This document shows, piece by piece, positions 52,891 through 62,628 of a stretch of 64,000 nucleotides of DNA. A model generated the notes under the pieces. The model was not told the DNA's origin, searched no databases, and saw nothing but the letters and a program-made list of their open reading frames with translations. Each line of letters starts with the position of its first letter. Position 1 is the stretch's first letter. This DNA is from an uncultured bacterium (lineage in GTDB: Bacteria > Patescibacteriota > Minisyncoccia > Phycocordibacterales > CAIRYW01): assembly GCA_903882905.1 (NCBI GenBank), contig CAIRYW010000004.1, positions 49,117-113,116 on the forward strand, read 5' to 3'. Both the position numbers and the translations under genes were made by a program.

Positions 52891-53613
52891 TTATCTTATT
52901 ACCTTCCATTCCTTACTCATTGAACGATGTAAAAATCGTGCATACATTGCGTTACCAAACCAAGTAGCCAAAAGCATCAGCCAACCTGTTGAATGCGCTC
53001 TTCTTGAGGTATGAAGTACGTAAAGTCCAGAGTCGATTCGTGTCCTACCAATTTTTCCTAATCTTGAAAACAATTCATTATCTTCTCCTGCTGCTAGCCT
53101 TATATCAAATCCTCCAACCTTTCTAAACGCATCAGCTTTAACCATTTGAAAATCTCCTCCCGCCGCTCCAATTCCTAAAACATTATTCATCACGAAGTAG
53201 ACTGCATTGATGGTATTAAAAAATAATTTATCTCCAAGAGTTGCTTGATCTTTAAAAACTTTAAAATAAACTGACATAGCAACCATTTTTTTGCTTTTTT
53301 GAAAGTCATCTATAATTTTTAAAAAAAAGATATTTATATTGGGAATTTCAACGTCAGCATCCATGAAAACTAAATATTCTCCTTTTGCAACTTCAGCACC
53401 CATATTTCTTCCTTCACCAATAGTTTGTCTTTTGCCTGAAGTATTTTCTACAACTTTATCTGCATATTGTTTAGCAATTGAAATAGTTTTATCGGTACTT
53501 TTTCCGTCAGTAACAATTATTTCATAATCAGTTACTGTAATTTTTTTGAGTTCAGAGAGAGTCTTAGCTAAAATCTTCTCTTCGTTTAAGGTTGGAACAA
53601 TAATAGAGATCAT
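52891..53613 (-). CDS. glycosyltransferase family 2
   Basis: IIVPTLNEE, DGKSTD, FMDAD, GGFD...ED. Confidence 0.92.
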   Translation of the reverse strand: MISIIVPTLNEEKILAKTLSELKKITVTDYEIIVTDGKSTDKTISIAKQYADKVVENTSGKRQTIGEGRNMGAEVAKGEYLVFMDADVEIPNINIFFLKIIDDFQKSKKMVAMSVYFKVFKDQATLGDKLFFNTINAVYFVMNNVLGIGAAGGDFQMVKADAFRKVGGFDIRLAAGEDNELFSRLGKIGRTRIDSGLYVLHTSRRAHSTGWLMLLATWFGNAMYARFLHRSMSKEWKVIR

Positions 53614-54197
53614 ATCTTAGCGTTTACCAAAAATCTGTTAACAATCTTTAGTGCAAAATAAATAAGAATAGCCAGACCAACAACGAATAGCCACTTAAAT
53701 TCATTTGCGACTAATCCATAAACATTACCAAAGAAGAATCCAACAAAAACTAAAACAAATACCCAAATAATTCCACCAACTATATTAATGAATGCGTATT
53801 TTTTAAAATTAACTTTTAGCATTCCTGCTGTTAATAAAGTAGCTAATGAAAAGCCAAATCCCATTGTTAGTTTTGAAATCCAAAGAATTAAGTCCTGATA
53901 GGCTTTAAATCTAGCTTCCACTTTTGTAATAATTTCTGGAGTTATATTAAAAAATTTTCCGTAGTTATTTATAAGTGATCTTGCTCCGAATCTTCCAACA
54001 ACGTACCACACTACATCAGCAGTGAAATCTCCAGCAACCAAGCATAGGTACATCTGAAAAAAATTAAATTGCCCTTGTTGATACAAAAAACCAGCCCCAA
54101 TCATTACGGCTGGACCTTCAAAAAAAGCACCTAGAAACAAAAGTATATATTTTGATGCCTCAAACCAGGCAACTATATTTTCGATTATTAAATGCAT
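53610..54197 (-). CDS. DedA family membrane protein
   Basis: FFEGP..GAGFL, GD..WYVVGRFG, AG..KV.F. Confidence 0.88.
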   Translation of the reverse strand: MHLIIENIVAWFEASKYILLFLGAFFEGPAVMIGAGFLYQQGQFNFFQMYLCLVAGDFTADVVWYVVGRFGARSLINNYGKFFNITPEIITKVEARFKAYQDLILWISKLTMGFGFSLATLLTAGMLKVNFKKYAFINIVGGIIWVFVLVFVGFFFGNVYGLVANEFKWLFVVGLAILIYFALKIVNRFLVNAKI

Positions 54198-54247
54198 TAA
54201 TGAGAATTATACCATGTTGAGAATTCAAGCCAAAGGTAAATGCATGA

Positions 54248-54280
54248 AAGCCCGTCCGCCTCATGGGCGGACGGGCTTTT
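54248..54280. terminator. terminator hairpin
   Basis: AAAGCCCGTCCGCC-TCATG-GGCGGACGGGCTTT. Confidence 0.85.
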
Positions 54281-54285
54281 CTCGT

Positions 54286-55113
54286 CTATTGAGCCGTAGA
54301 TGAAGCCGTGTTATTTTCCTTAACAGACTTGATTACTTTGACAATTGAATCAACGTCTTGTCGAGCCGTTTTAAGATCACTATTTGCTATCTTGAGTTTT
54401 GCTCTTGCATCTTTTAATGCGGCCGTGTTTGAAGCTTCCTTTGTTTTATCCCCACCATCTGGAGTTAAAGTAAGTACGTCTTGATTAATGATTTTCGCTT
54501 GGCTACTAGCATCAGCAATTTTTGCGTTTAAATCATTTAAACTATTACTTGCAGCAGTTACATTAACTCCCTTACCCTGTGCATCAGAAATTCTTGTTTG
54601 TAATTTTGCACTTAAAGTCTGCATCTCACTTGCTATTATATCAATTCTATCTGAGGCTGATAATAATGATATTTGAGGTAGGACTAGAGCATATACTCTG
54701 TAATCAGCAGTAATGGATTTGACTTCTGTTTTTAATGTAGTTGTTGAGGTATCAGAATCAATTTTTGTTTTTAATGTTGTTAGGTCAGTTAATACAGTTT
54801 GAATATTTGATATTAGGCCAGATTTTTCAGAATCAGATAATTTCTTCATTTCTTGGATTCTCGCAATAAGTTTATTCAAAGAATCAATTCTGTTTGTTAT
54901 CTCTAAATCGCCTTTGCTTTGAGTATTTTTTACTTTATTGGCTAAATTATTTACTCTGTTCTGTTCTCTGAGTTGTCTAGTTGTAGTTGTCGCTGTTCCT
55001 GCATTTACATTTACACTTGTGTTTGTCTGACCAAATGATGGAGAAACCAAAGAAAGTGAAATCACCGCTCCTCCAGCAAACGCGACAATTTTTTTATTCA
55101 TTTTATTTTTCAT
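54286..55113 (-). CDS. secreted alpha-helical coiled-coil protein
   Basis: Signal peptide, heptad-rich body. Confidence 0.75.
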   Translation of the reverse strand: MKNKMNKKIVAFAGGAVISLSLVSPSFGQTNTSVNVNAGTATTTTRQLREQNRVNNLANKVKNTQSKGDLEITNRIDSLNKLIARIQEMKKLSDSEKSGLISNIQTVLTDLTTLKTKIDSDTSTTTLKTEVKSITADYRVYALVLPQISLLSASDRIDIIASEMQTLSAKLQTRISDAQGKGVNVTAASNSLNDLNAKIADASSQAKIINQDVLTLTPDGGDKTKEASNTAALKDARAKLKIANSDLKTARQDVDSIVKVIKSVKENNTASSTAQ

Positions 55114-55168
55114 ATATTTGTTTAGTTATTTTTGTAAATTACTATAAAGCCGGAGTAGCGCTAACATT

Positions 55169-55423
55169 TTAATTTGCGTTAGCACTGTCAGTTCCTAAAT
55201 TTTGAAGCTGCGAGTCTACTGCATTAACGTCTTGGTCAATCCCAGCATTTGACGTATCAGTTGATGAACTTGAGCTTGTTTGCTGGTTCGTTTGGTCTGT
55301 TGCTTGTGTCGATGGGGTTGTGTTAGTTGAGGTTTGCAGAGTACTACTAGAGGAGCTCATAAAATACCAAATACCAAGAATAACGACTAAAATAATTACT
55401 GTAATCGCGATTGTTTTTTTCAT
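55169..55423 (-). CDS. small membrane-anchored Ser/Thr-rich protein
   Basis: N-terminal TM, low-complexity tail. Confidence 0.65.
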   Translation of the reverse strand: MKKTIAITVIILVVILGIWYFMSSSSSTLQTSTNTTPSTQATDQTNQQTSSSSSTDTSNAGIDQDVNAVDSQLQNLGTDSANAN

Positions 55424-55515
55424 AAGTTATATATTTTATTTATAAGCAAAAAACTACCTACCTATATGTATAAATACGTTTTTATAATATTAAAGTTGCA
55501 AATTAAAACATGAAA

Positions 55516-56775
55516 TTACATCAAATCAAGTCCTAAATTTGCTTCAATCTCCATTAGACGGTTATATTTTGCCACCCTTTCACCACGAGTAAGTGATCCA
55601 GCTTTGATCATTTCGCATGAAAGCCCCACCGAAAGATCAGCTATAAAAGTATCTGTAGTTTCTCCAGACCTATGGGAAACAAAAGCAGCCCAACCTTGTT
55701 TTTTTGTTAACTCGATAGCTTCTATAGTCTCTGTTAGTGTTCCAATTTGATTCAGTTTAATTAAAACTGAGTTTACTGCTTTTGTCTCAATTGCTTTTTT
55801 TATTCTTTCTACGTTTGTAGTCAAAAGATCATCGCCGATTATTTTTATTTTTTCTCCCATTTTTTTTGTCATTTCTGCAAAACCAACAAAATCATCTTCT
55901 GATAAGCCATCTTCGATAGAAATAATTGGATAAATATTTACTAATTCCTCATACCAATTGATTAACTCGTCTGCAGTAAATTTCTTTTGCTCTCCTTTAA
56001 TTTTTAAATTGTAAAAATTATCTTTGAAAAAACTTGTTGCAGCAATGTCTAAACCGATTTTTACATCATCAGTCGAATACCCAGCTTCTTTTATTGCTAC
56101 TATCATCAATTCGATTGCTTCCTCATTACTTTGAAGAGTTGGAGCAAAACCTCCTTCATCACCAACACTAATTACACAACCTTTTTTTATTAAAATATTT
56201 TTTAAAGCTGCAATTATTTCCTCAGCAACTTCAACCTTAAGCTTAAAACTTTCAAAATTAATTGGGATTAACATGTATTCCTGTATATCGAGTCCGCTAT
56301 CTGAATGCTTACCCCCATTTATTATATTAAAACAAGGCTGCGGCAATTTTAAATTTTTATTTTCTACCAAATTTGCAAGATGCTCGTAAGTTTCAATTCC
56401 CTGTTCTTTTGCAACAGCTTTTGCAAATGATACTGAAACACCTAAAATTGCATTTGCTCCCAACCTCGATTTATTTTTTGTTCCATCAAGAGTAATTAAA
56501 AATTCATCAAGTGATTTCTGATTAAATTCTTTTCCTTGTACTTCATTACAAATCTCGACATTAACATTCTCTACAGCCTTCATAACTCCCTGACCATTAA
56601 ATCTATTAGGGTCATTGTCTCTGAGCTCATACGCCTCATGAATTCCAGTACTCTTTCCTGATGGAACTCCAAATTTTCCAACAGCATCGCTTAAAAGAAT
56701 GCATTCAACTTCAATAGTAGGAAGTCCTCGAGAATCAATAATTTCACTCGCTTTAAATAATTTAATTTTTGCCAT
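55516..56775 (-). CDS. eno: enolase
   Basis: DSRGLPT, VPSGKSTG, GDEGGFAP, SHRSGET, RVAKYNRL. Confidence 0.97.
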   Translation of the reverse strand: MAKIKLFKASEIIDSRGLPTIEVECILLSDAVGKFGVPSGKSTGIHEAYELRDNDPNRFNGQGVMKAVENVNVEICNEVQGKEFNQKSLDEFLITLDGTKNKSRLGANAILGVSVSFAKAVAKEQGIETYEHLANLVENKNLKLPQPCFNIINGGKHSDSGLDIQEYMLIPINFESFKLKVEVAEEIIAALKNILIKKGCVISVGDEGGFAPTLQSNEEAIELMIVAIKEAGYSTDDVKIGLDIAATSFFKDNFYNLKIKGEQKKFTADELINWYEELVNIYPIISIEDGLSEDDFVGFAEMTKKMGEKIKIIGDDLLTTNVERIKKAIETKAVNSVLIKLNQIGTLTETIEAIELTKKQGWAAFVSHRSGETTDTFIADLSVGLSCEMIKAGSLTRGERVAKYNRLMEIEANLGLDLM

Positions 56776-56776
56776 T

Positions 56777-57580
56777 TTACAGAGTATTTATACTAAGAAT
56801 TCTGCCCATATGTTCTTCGGCCTCAAGTACAATACGTTCCATCATTTCAATGGTCTCTACCGGGTATTTACCAACAGCAGATTCCTCTGAAAGCATTACA
56901 GCGTCAGCTCCTTGGAGAATCGCATTTGATACGTCTGAAACATCAGCTCTGGTTGGCACTTTATTTTCTATCATTGAAGTTAGCATTTGGGTTGCAACGA
57001 TAACTGGTTTTCCTGCTGCTTTGCATTTTTTTACAATCATTGCTTGAATGAATGGAATTTTTTCAAGTGGAATCTCATTTCCTAAATCACCTCTTGCAAC
57101 CATTACAGCATCAGATACTTTAATAATTTCATCTATTAAATCAACAGCAATTTTTCTTTCAATTTTTGCAATAATTTTGGATTTTCCACCATATTTTTCA
57201 ATGATTTCTCTGCAGAGCATAATATCTTTTGCACTACCCACATAGGACACAGCAATGTATTCAACTCCTTGAGCAACACCAAACTGAACCAACTCAAAAT
57301 CTCTAGGAGTTAGAGCTGAAGTTGCAGTTATATTATATGAGTGGCTTGCTTCTCCTTGAATACGAGGTCCTGGTAAATCTTGGATTATTGGAATAGCTCT
57401 ACCTATTTTTTTTGCCACCTCTCTTATAACTCGAATTTGTTTTTGATGATATTCTAGTGTGTCCCAAGAAAAATTTAGTCTGGCAACGTCCATTTGATGA
57501 TTAGTCATATCAAAAAGGGTCGCAAACTTATGTGATGATGGACCAATTGTTGCAATAATTTGAGCTTTTGATTTTTTCAT
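56777..57580 (-). CDS. pyk: minimal pyruvate kinase (A-domain barrel only)
   Basis: ATIGP, RLNFS, DLPGP, AKIE, MVARGDLG, ATQML, PTRA, DAVMLS; 267 aa. Confidence 0.9.
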   Translation of the reverse strand: MKKSKAQIIATIGPSSHKFATLFDMTNHQMDVARLNFSWDTLEYHQKQIRVIREVAKKIGRAIPIIQDLPGPRIQGEASHSYNITATSALTPRDFELVQFGVAQGVEYIAVSYVGSAKDIMLCREIIEKYGGKSKIIAKIERKIAVDLIDEIIKVSDAVMVARGDLGNEIPLEKIPFIQAMIVKKCKAAGKPVIVATQMLTSMIENKVPTRADVSDVSNAILQGADAVMLSEESAVGKYPVETIEMMERIVLEAEEHMGRILSINTL

Positions 57581-58230
57581 GCATTTACTGATGATTCAAC
57601 TTTTTTAATTTCTTTTGAAATCATCTTTCCTTTATCATCAATATCATACAACAAAATACAACCGAAAATCATTTCAACATTTCTAATATCCTCATCAGAT
57701 ACATTTTCAATATATTTCATTAAAGCTCTAATCGCATTACCATGCGACACAACTAATACATTTTTCCCTTCAAGAACCAATGGAACAATTTTATTTATGT
57801 AGTAAGGGACAGCCCTTTCATAAACCATTTTAAGAGTTTCTCCGTTTGGCACAGGACAATTCCAATCTCGTCTGATACATTCAAATTGTTCATCACCAAC
57901 TTGTTTTTTCATTTCCCATTTGTTTTTTCCAGTAAAGTCGCCGTAATCTCTTTCGTTTAATGCAGAAGAAAACTCTACAGGAACATCTAAGTCATGTGCT
58001 TTATCCTCCATACCCAAAAGCGTCTCATACGAGCGAATTTGAGTTGATGCAAAAGCCTGATCAATACGAATACCTTTAATCAAATTCCCCATTTCTTCAG
58101 ATTTTCTGAAACCATATTCGGTCAAATGAACATCTCTGCTTCCAGTCCAAATACCAAGTTTGTTCCAATCAGATTCATGATGTCTGGCGATAATCAACTT
58201 TCCTTTTTTTGATGTCTCTGCTTCGTCCAT
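57577..58230 (-). CDS. gpmA: 2,3-bisphosphoglycerate-dependent phosphoglycerate mutase
   Basis: ARHHESDWN, LNERDYG, PNGETL, SHGNAIRAL. Confidence 0.92.
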   Translation of the reverse strand: MDEAETSKKGKLIIARHHESDWNKLGIWTGSRDVHLTEYGFRKSEEMGNLIKGIRIDQAFASTQIRSYETLLGMEDKAHDLDVPVEFSSALNERDYGDFTGKNKWEMKKQVGDEQFECIRRDWNCPVPNGETLKMVYERAVPYYINKIVPLVLEGKNVLVVSHGNAIRALMKYIENVSDEDIRNVEMIFGCILLYDIDDKGKMISKEIKKVESSVNA

Positions 58231-59201
58231 TAATTTACTTGATTCTTCGGCTTACCATTTTCAAAAAAATCAATAACATTTTGAGCTGCAACTTCTGCCA
58301 TCTGGTTCCTTGCTTCAACACTTGCTGAAGCAATGTGTGGCGTCAAAATAATATTTTGAAGTTTCAAAAGGCCTTTTGTAATTTTTGGTTCAAATTCAAA
58401 AACATCTAAACCTGCGCCACTAATTACTTTTATCCTAAGCGCCTTCTCTAGTGCAATTTCATCAACAATTGGTCCTCGGGAAGTATTAATAAGAAAACTT
58501 GTAGGCTTCATCATTTTCAATCTCTCTTCATTGATTAAATGTCTTGTTGAATCAAGTAAAGGAACATGGAGGCTAATTACATCTGATTGTTTTAAGATTT
58601 CATCAACTGTATTGCAATAAATTGCTCCGTACTCTTTCTCAATTTTTTCATTTCTGTTTACATCATAATAAACAATTTTGAGTCCCAAACCTTTAGAATA
58701 AAAAGCTACACGCTCACCAATACGTCCAGCACCAATGAGTCCAAGAGTTTTTCCAAGAATATCCTCGCCGATAAAATTCATAGGTTCCCAGCCCTTGTAT
58801 TTCTTTTGGCGAACAAATTCGTCTGCCTCAACAATTCTTGCGGCTAAAGCAAACATGAGCGCAATTGTATGCTCTGCAACGGCCTCTGACGTCAAGTCTC
58901 CTGGTGCATTCGTAATAATAATTCCTCTTTTTTTTGCTTCGTTTAAATCAAGATTGTCAAAACCAGTTGCATAATTTGCATATAATTTGACAGAAGGTGC
59001 TGAATCATAAACTTTTGAATCAATTTTATCTGTCAAAAGCGAAAGAACAGCATCGTAATTTTTCTTTTTTAGATATTTAATAATTTGCTTTTGGCTTAAG
59101 ACTTCATCTTTCGGATTTATATCAACACTGTATCCTTTATTTATAAGCATCTTTATTCCTATATCAGGAATTTTTCTTGTGATAAAAATATTTTTACTCA
59201 T
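58230..59201 (-). CDS. D-2-hydroxyacid dehydrogenase (glyoxylate reductase/D-glycerate dehydrogenase family)
   Basis: GFDNLD, GAGRIG, INTSRG, GLDVFEFEP, TPHIAS. Confidence 0.92.
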   Translation of the reverse strand: MSKNIFITRKIPDIGIKMLINKGYSVDINPKDEVLSQKQIIKYLKKKNYDAVLSLLTDKIDSKVYDSAPSVKLYANYATGFDNLDLNEAKKRGIIITNAPGDLTSEAVAEHTIALMFALAARIVEADEFVRQKKYKGWEPMNFIGEDILGKTLGLIGAGRIGERVAFYSKGLGLKIVYYDVNRNEKIEKEYGAIYCNTVDEILKQSDVISLHVPLLDSTRHLINEERLKMMKPTSFLINTSRGPIVDEIALEKALRIKVISGAGLDVFEFEPKITKGLLKLQNIILTPHIASASVEARNQMAEVAAQNVIDFFENGKPKNQVN

Positions 59202-59205
59202 TTGT

Positions 59206-59595
59206 TTAATTTGTTGCAGGTGGTAATTGACACTGCGTAACTCCCGCTAATGTTTCGAGACTTTGTTCTCCTTCGTATTTTGTGCCATCGGTTGTAATCC
59301 ATGTAGGATAGCCTGTAATACCCTTATCTTCACAAAGCTTTGTATTATCAGGACATTCTACGTATGGAACATATTTAAAAGAAGCTCCAAATTCAGCTTT
59401 TTGTTTTTGGCAATGTGGACACCATACTGCTCCATACATAGTAATATTTTTTGAGGCAAGACATTGTGCAAATAAATCAAGACCAGGTCTTGTTTGGGTT
59501 CTTGAAGAAATAGCTAAATAAAAGCTGTATAAAACCGCTAGGACAACTAAAGCTAAAATTGTGTACCCAATAATGTTTTTGTTTTTTATTTTCAT
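59206..59595 (-). CDS. membrane-anchored thioredoxin-like protein
   Basis: TM then MYGAVWCPHC, YVEC, GYPTW. Confidence 0.85.
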   Translation of the reverse strand: MKIKNKNIIGYTILALVVLAVLYSFYLAISSRTQTRPGLDLFAQCLASKNITMYGAVWCPHCQKQKAEFGASFKYVPYVECPDNTKLCEDKGITGYPTWITTDGTKYEGEQSLETLAGVTQCQLPPATN

Positions 59596-59604
59596 TTTCT
59601 TTTT

Positions 59605-60108
59605 TTATTCTTTACAACAATCTACTAATTTTCCCATAATATCATCAAATGACATAGGCTTTGCATTTTCCATTTGGACTGATACTTCTGGAGCTTTGAT
59701 AATTTTAAGTCTTAAGGCAAAGAAAAGATTATAGGCTTTATAAGCAAAACCAAAAATTTCCTTTGCTTCTTCTTTTTTGTTGTCAGAATAAAGTTTTGTT
59801 CCTACTTCCATAAGACGCATGGTAGTTGCAAGAAGATGTTTTGAGATACACCAACTTTCACCTTCTGTCTTCTCAATCATTCTGCCGAGAAGAATCTTTC
59901 TCATTTCGCGTACCTCGTAGAGCATATCGTAATATTCATCCTTACCAGTTTTGTTGCCTGTAAAGAAAAAATGTTCTTCGAGACTGATTAAATTCATTAC
60001 AGCAATACTTAAATCTTCTTCAGTTGAAAGATCAACGCCTTTTTTTTCTTTTAATTCATCAATTCTCTTTTTGAGTTCTTCAAAACTCATAGGTTCTTCG
60101 TTTGCCAT
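59605..60108 (-). CDS. conserved hypothetical helical protein
   Basis: NLISLEEH, WCISKHLL, terminal DCCKE; inside the redox cluster. Confidence 0.7.
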   Translation of the reverse strand: MANEEPMSFEELKKRIDELKEKKGVDLSTEEDLSIAVMNLISLEEHFFFTGNKTGKDEYYDMLYEVREMRKILLGRMIEKTEGESWCISKHLLATTMRLMEVGTKLYSDNKKEEAKEIFGFAYKAYNLFFALRLKIIKAPEVSVQMENAKPMSFDDIMGKLVDCCKE

Positions 60109-60136
60109 ATTTTATATGAATTTAATTAAATAATAA

Positions 60137-60835
60137 TTATAAAAAGTAAATCGCAATACCAATTAATAATAAAACTGCCAGTAAAATCGTTCTAGATTTT
60201 TTTGTTTCTAGTTTTCGTATTTTTTCCATTTTCTCGAGGACTACTTGATTGATTGCAAGAATAAGCATAACTACAAGTGGCATTACAAAAATCACGTTAT
60301 AAATCACTAGATAGCCAAATCCTCGCCAAAATTGAGCTTTATCATGTAGCAAGCTTAAAACAAAAAGATATGGACCGCCTGTGCAAGGAAATTCAAAAAG
60401 CCCAACAAGAATTCCTAAGAGAAAAGAACCTGGAATAGATGCTTGATTTATAACTTTCGCCAATGTTCTATGTGCACTTGCCGGGATTTTAAGTTTAATT
60501 GGGAATGTCGGAATAAATTCATTTATTATGCCGATCACTGCATAAAGAATAAGGATACCAGCACCAATTTTGGCCATAACATTTGGGACATCAAAAATTG
60601 TAAGGACTTTCAAAAATCCAATACCAATAAAGGTGTAAACAAACGCAATACCTAAAATATAAACGCCACCTGCCGCCAAAATGAATTTTCTGTTTTTTCC
60701 AAGACTAAATAGAAAAGTTATAGTTAAAAATAATATAGAAAAAGCGCAAGGATTAAGACTATCTATAAAAGCAGCAACCGCAATAACCGGCAAAAACCAA
60801 CCCCCCGCATGCATTGTTACAAAATTTAGTATCAC
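60137..60835 (-). CDS. CcdA/DsbD-beta-like membrane electron transfer protein
   Basis: 6 TM helices with paired PC motifs (NPCAF, FPCTG). Confidence 0.82.
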   Translation of the reverse strand: MILNFVTMHAGGWFLPVIAVAAFIDSLNPCAFSILFLTITFLFSLGKNRKFILAAGGVYILGIAFVYTFIGIGFLKVLTIFDVPNVMAKIGAGILILYAVIGIINEFIPTFPIKLKIPASAHRTLAKVINQASIPGSFLLGILVGLFEFPCTGGPYLFVLSLLHDKAQFWRGFGYLVIYNVIFVMPLVVMLILAINQVVLEKMEKIRKLETKKSRTILLAVLLLIGIAIYFL

Positions 60836-60959
60836 TCTGTAATTTTAGCATAATTTAGCTTGGAGTAACTAGTCAGGTTCCAGAATCCTCTGTTAAAAGG
60901 AGCCTTAAATTTGACAGATCTATTTTTATATACTTTAATTGCTAAGAACACTTCTATTT

Positions 60960-61175
60960 ATGGTATCCGTAGCACATCTCAAGAAATACATCAAAACTTT
61001 AGGGCCTAAGGCGAAACCCAAGGAACTCATGAGGCTGGTTGAAGAACTCGGAGACGATAACGAGATTGTCATGTCAGGTATTGCTGACGAAATCCTCGGA
61101 ATCCACGCTGACGATTTTTTTCGGCGGCTCACCAAAGACCCTGAATATATCTCGATAAGTCGCGCTCTAGTTTAA
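60960..61175 (+). CDS. orphan hypothetical protein
   Basis: TTGACA-17-TTTAAT promoter (60911), ATG at 60960, hairpin and T-run after the stop. Confidence 0.55.
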   Translation: MVSVAHLKKYIKTLGPKAKPKELMRLVEELGDDNEIVMSGIADEILGIHADDFFRRLTKDPEYISISRALV

Positions 61176-61268
61176 TGACCAGAGCGATTTTTTTATTTAA
61201 AGCAGTCCCTAACTTCCATTACTAAGTGAAGGTAACTAATCATAGTCACATTCAGCTTAATTCTCGAA

Positions 61269-62627
61269 TTAAAGTTTACTTGCTAAACCAATATAGTTTT
61301 GAGGTGTAATTTTTTTGAGTTCTGTTTTTATCTTTGGAGCTACATCAAGTCCATCAATAAATTTGTGAAAATCTGCTAGTACAACTTTTTTTCCTCGAGT
61401 AAGTTCTTTTAATTTTTCATATGGAAGCGCGACTCCTTCTCGCCTTAGGACTGTTTGAATAGCCTCAGCAATAATTTCAGTATGATCATCCAAATCATGA
61501 ATGATTTTCTGTTCATTCATAGTAACTTTTGCCAAACCTTTGAGAATTGACTTATACGCAACCAAACTATGTGCAAATGCAACACCAAAATTTCTTTCAA
61601 CTGTTGAATCAGATAAATCTCTTTGCAAACGAGAAATTGGAAGTTTTGTACTAAAGTAATTAAACAATGCATTTGCTAAACCAAGATTTCCTTCACTATT
61701 TTCAAAATCAATTGGATTAATTTTATGAGGCATAGTTGATGAACCTGTTTCTCCTTCTTTTGGCTTTTGTGTGATCCAATTGTCACTTATATATCTCCAC
61801 ATATCTTGATTAAAACCGATAAGTATCACATTGATTCTTCTCATTGAATCAAAAATTTCAGCGTACGTATCATGCGATTCAATTTGAGTTGTAATTAAAT
61901 TTGGTTCCAAATTAATTCCTCTTTCTTTATTTAATTTTTCAATAAAATTAATTGTAAACTGTTTCCAATTAATTTCAGGATAGGCAACTAAATGTGCATT
62001 GTAATTCCCTGTTGCTCCATTAAGTTTTGCTAAGATTTTATTTCTTTTTAATTGATCTATCTGCCTTTTAAGTCTTGCAGAAAAAACCTTAAATTCTTTT
62101 CCGAGAGTTGTAGGCGAAGCACTTTGTCCATGAGTACGAGCAAGCATTGGAGTTTTTTTAAACCTAATTGCGAGTTGCTCTATTTCTCCAGAAACAGAAT
62201 CAAGAGCAGGAATTATTACTTTTTTCTTTGCTTCGGAAAGCATAAGCGCGTAACTTATGTTATTTGTATCCTCTGAGGTAAGCGCGAAATGAATCCACTC
62301 AATAGTATCTTTTAAGGAAGTTTTGCTGAGATGCTCCTTTATAAAATACTCAACAGCTTTTACGTCGTGATTAGTTTTTGCTTCATGAATTTTTATTTCA
62401 AAAGCATCTTTTGTTTCAATATTATAAAGATTGCGGATTATTTTCTTTTCAGCATCACTAAATTTTCTTAGTCCAACTTTTTTTTCTTCAGAAAGTGCAA
62501 TCAAATATTCTCCTTCAACAATTATTCTATAGCGTATAAGAGATTCTTCACTGAAGTAATTTGATAATTCCTCAACAGCTTTTCTGTATCTCCCGTCGAT
62601 TGGGCTAATTGATTTAAGTGATTGCAT
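61269..62627 (-). CDS. purB: adenylosuccinate lyase
   Basis: SPIDGRY, TNHDVKAVEY, RTHGQ, GSSTMPHKINPIDFENSEGN. Confidence 0.97.
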   Translation of the reverse strand: MQSLKSISPIDGRYRKAVEELSNYFSEESLIRYRIIVEGEYLIALSEEKKVGLRKFSDAEKKIIRNLYNIETKDAFEIKIHEAKTNHDVKAVEYFIKEHLSKTSLKDTIEWIHFALTSEDTNNISYALMLSEAKKKVIIPALDSVSGEIEQLAIRFKKTPMLARTHGQSASPTTLGKEFKVFSARLKRQIDQLKRNKILAKLNGATGNYNAHLVAYPEINWKQFTINFIEKLNKERGINLEPNLITTQIESHDTYAEIFDSMRRINVILIGFNQDMWRYISDNWITQKPKEGETGSSTMPHKINPIDFENSEGNLGLANALFNYFSTKLPISRLQRDLSDSTVERNFGVAFAHSLVAYKSILKGLAKVTMNEQKIIHDLDDHTEIIAEAIQTVLRREGVALPYEKLKELTRGKKVVLADFHKFIDGLDVAPKIKTELKKITPQNYIGLASKL

Positions 62628-62628
62628 A

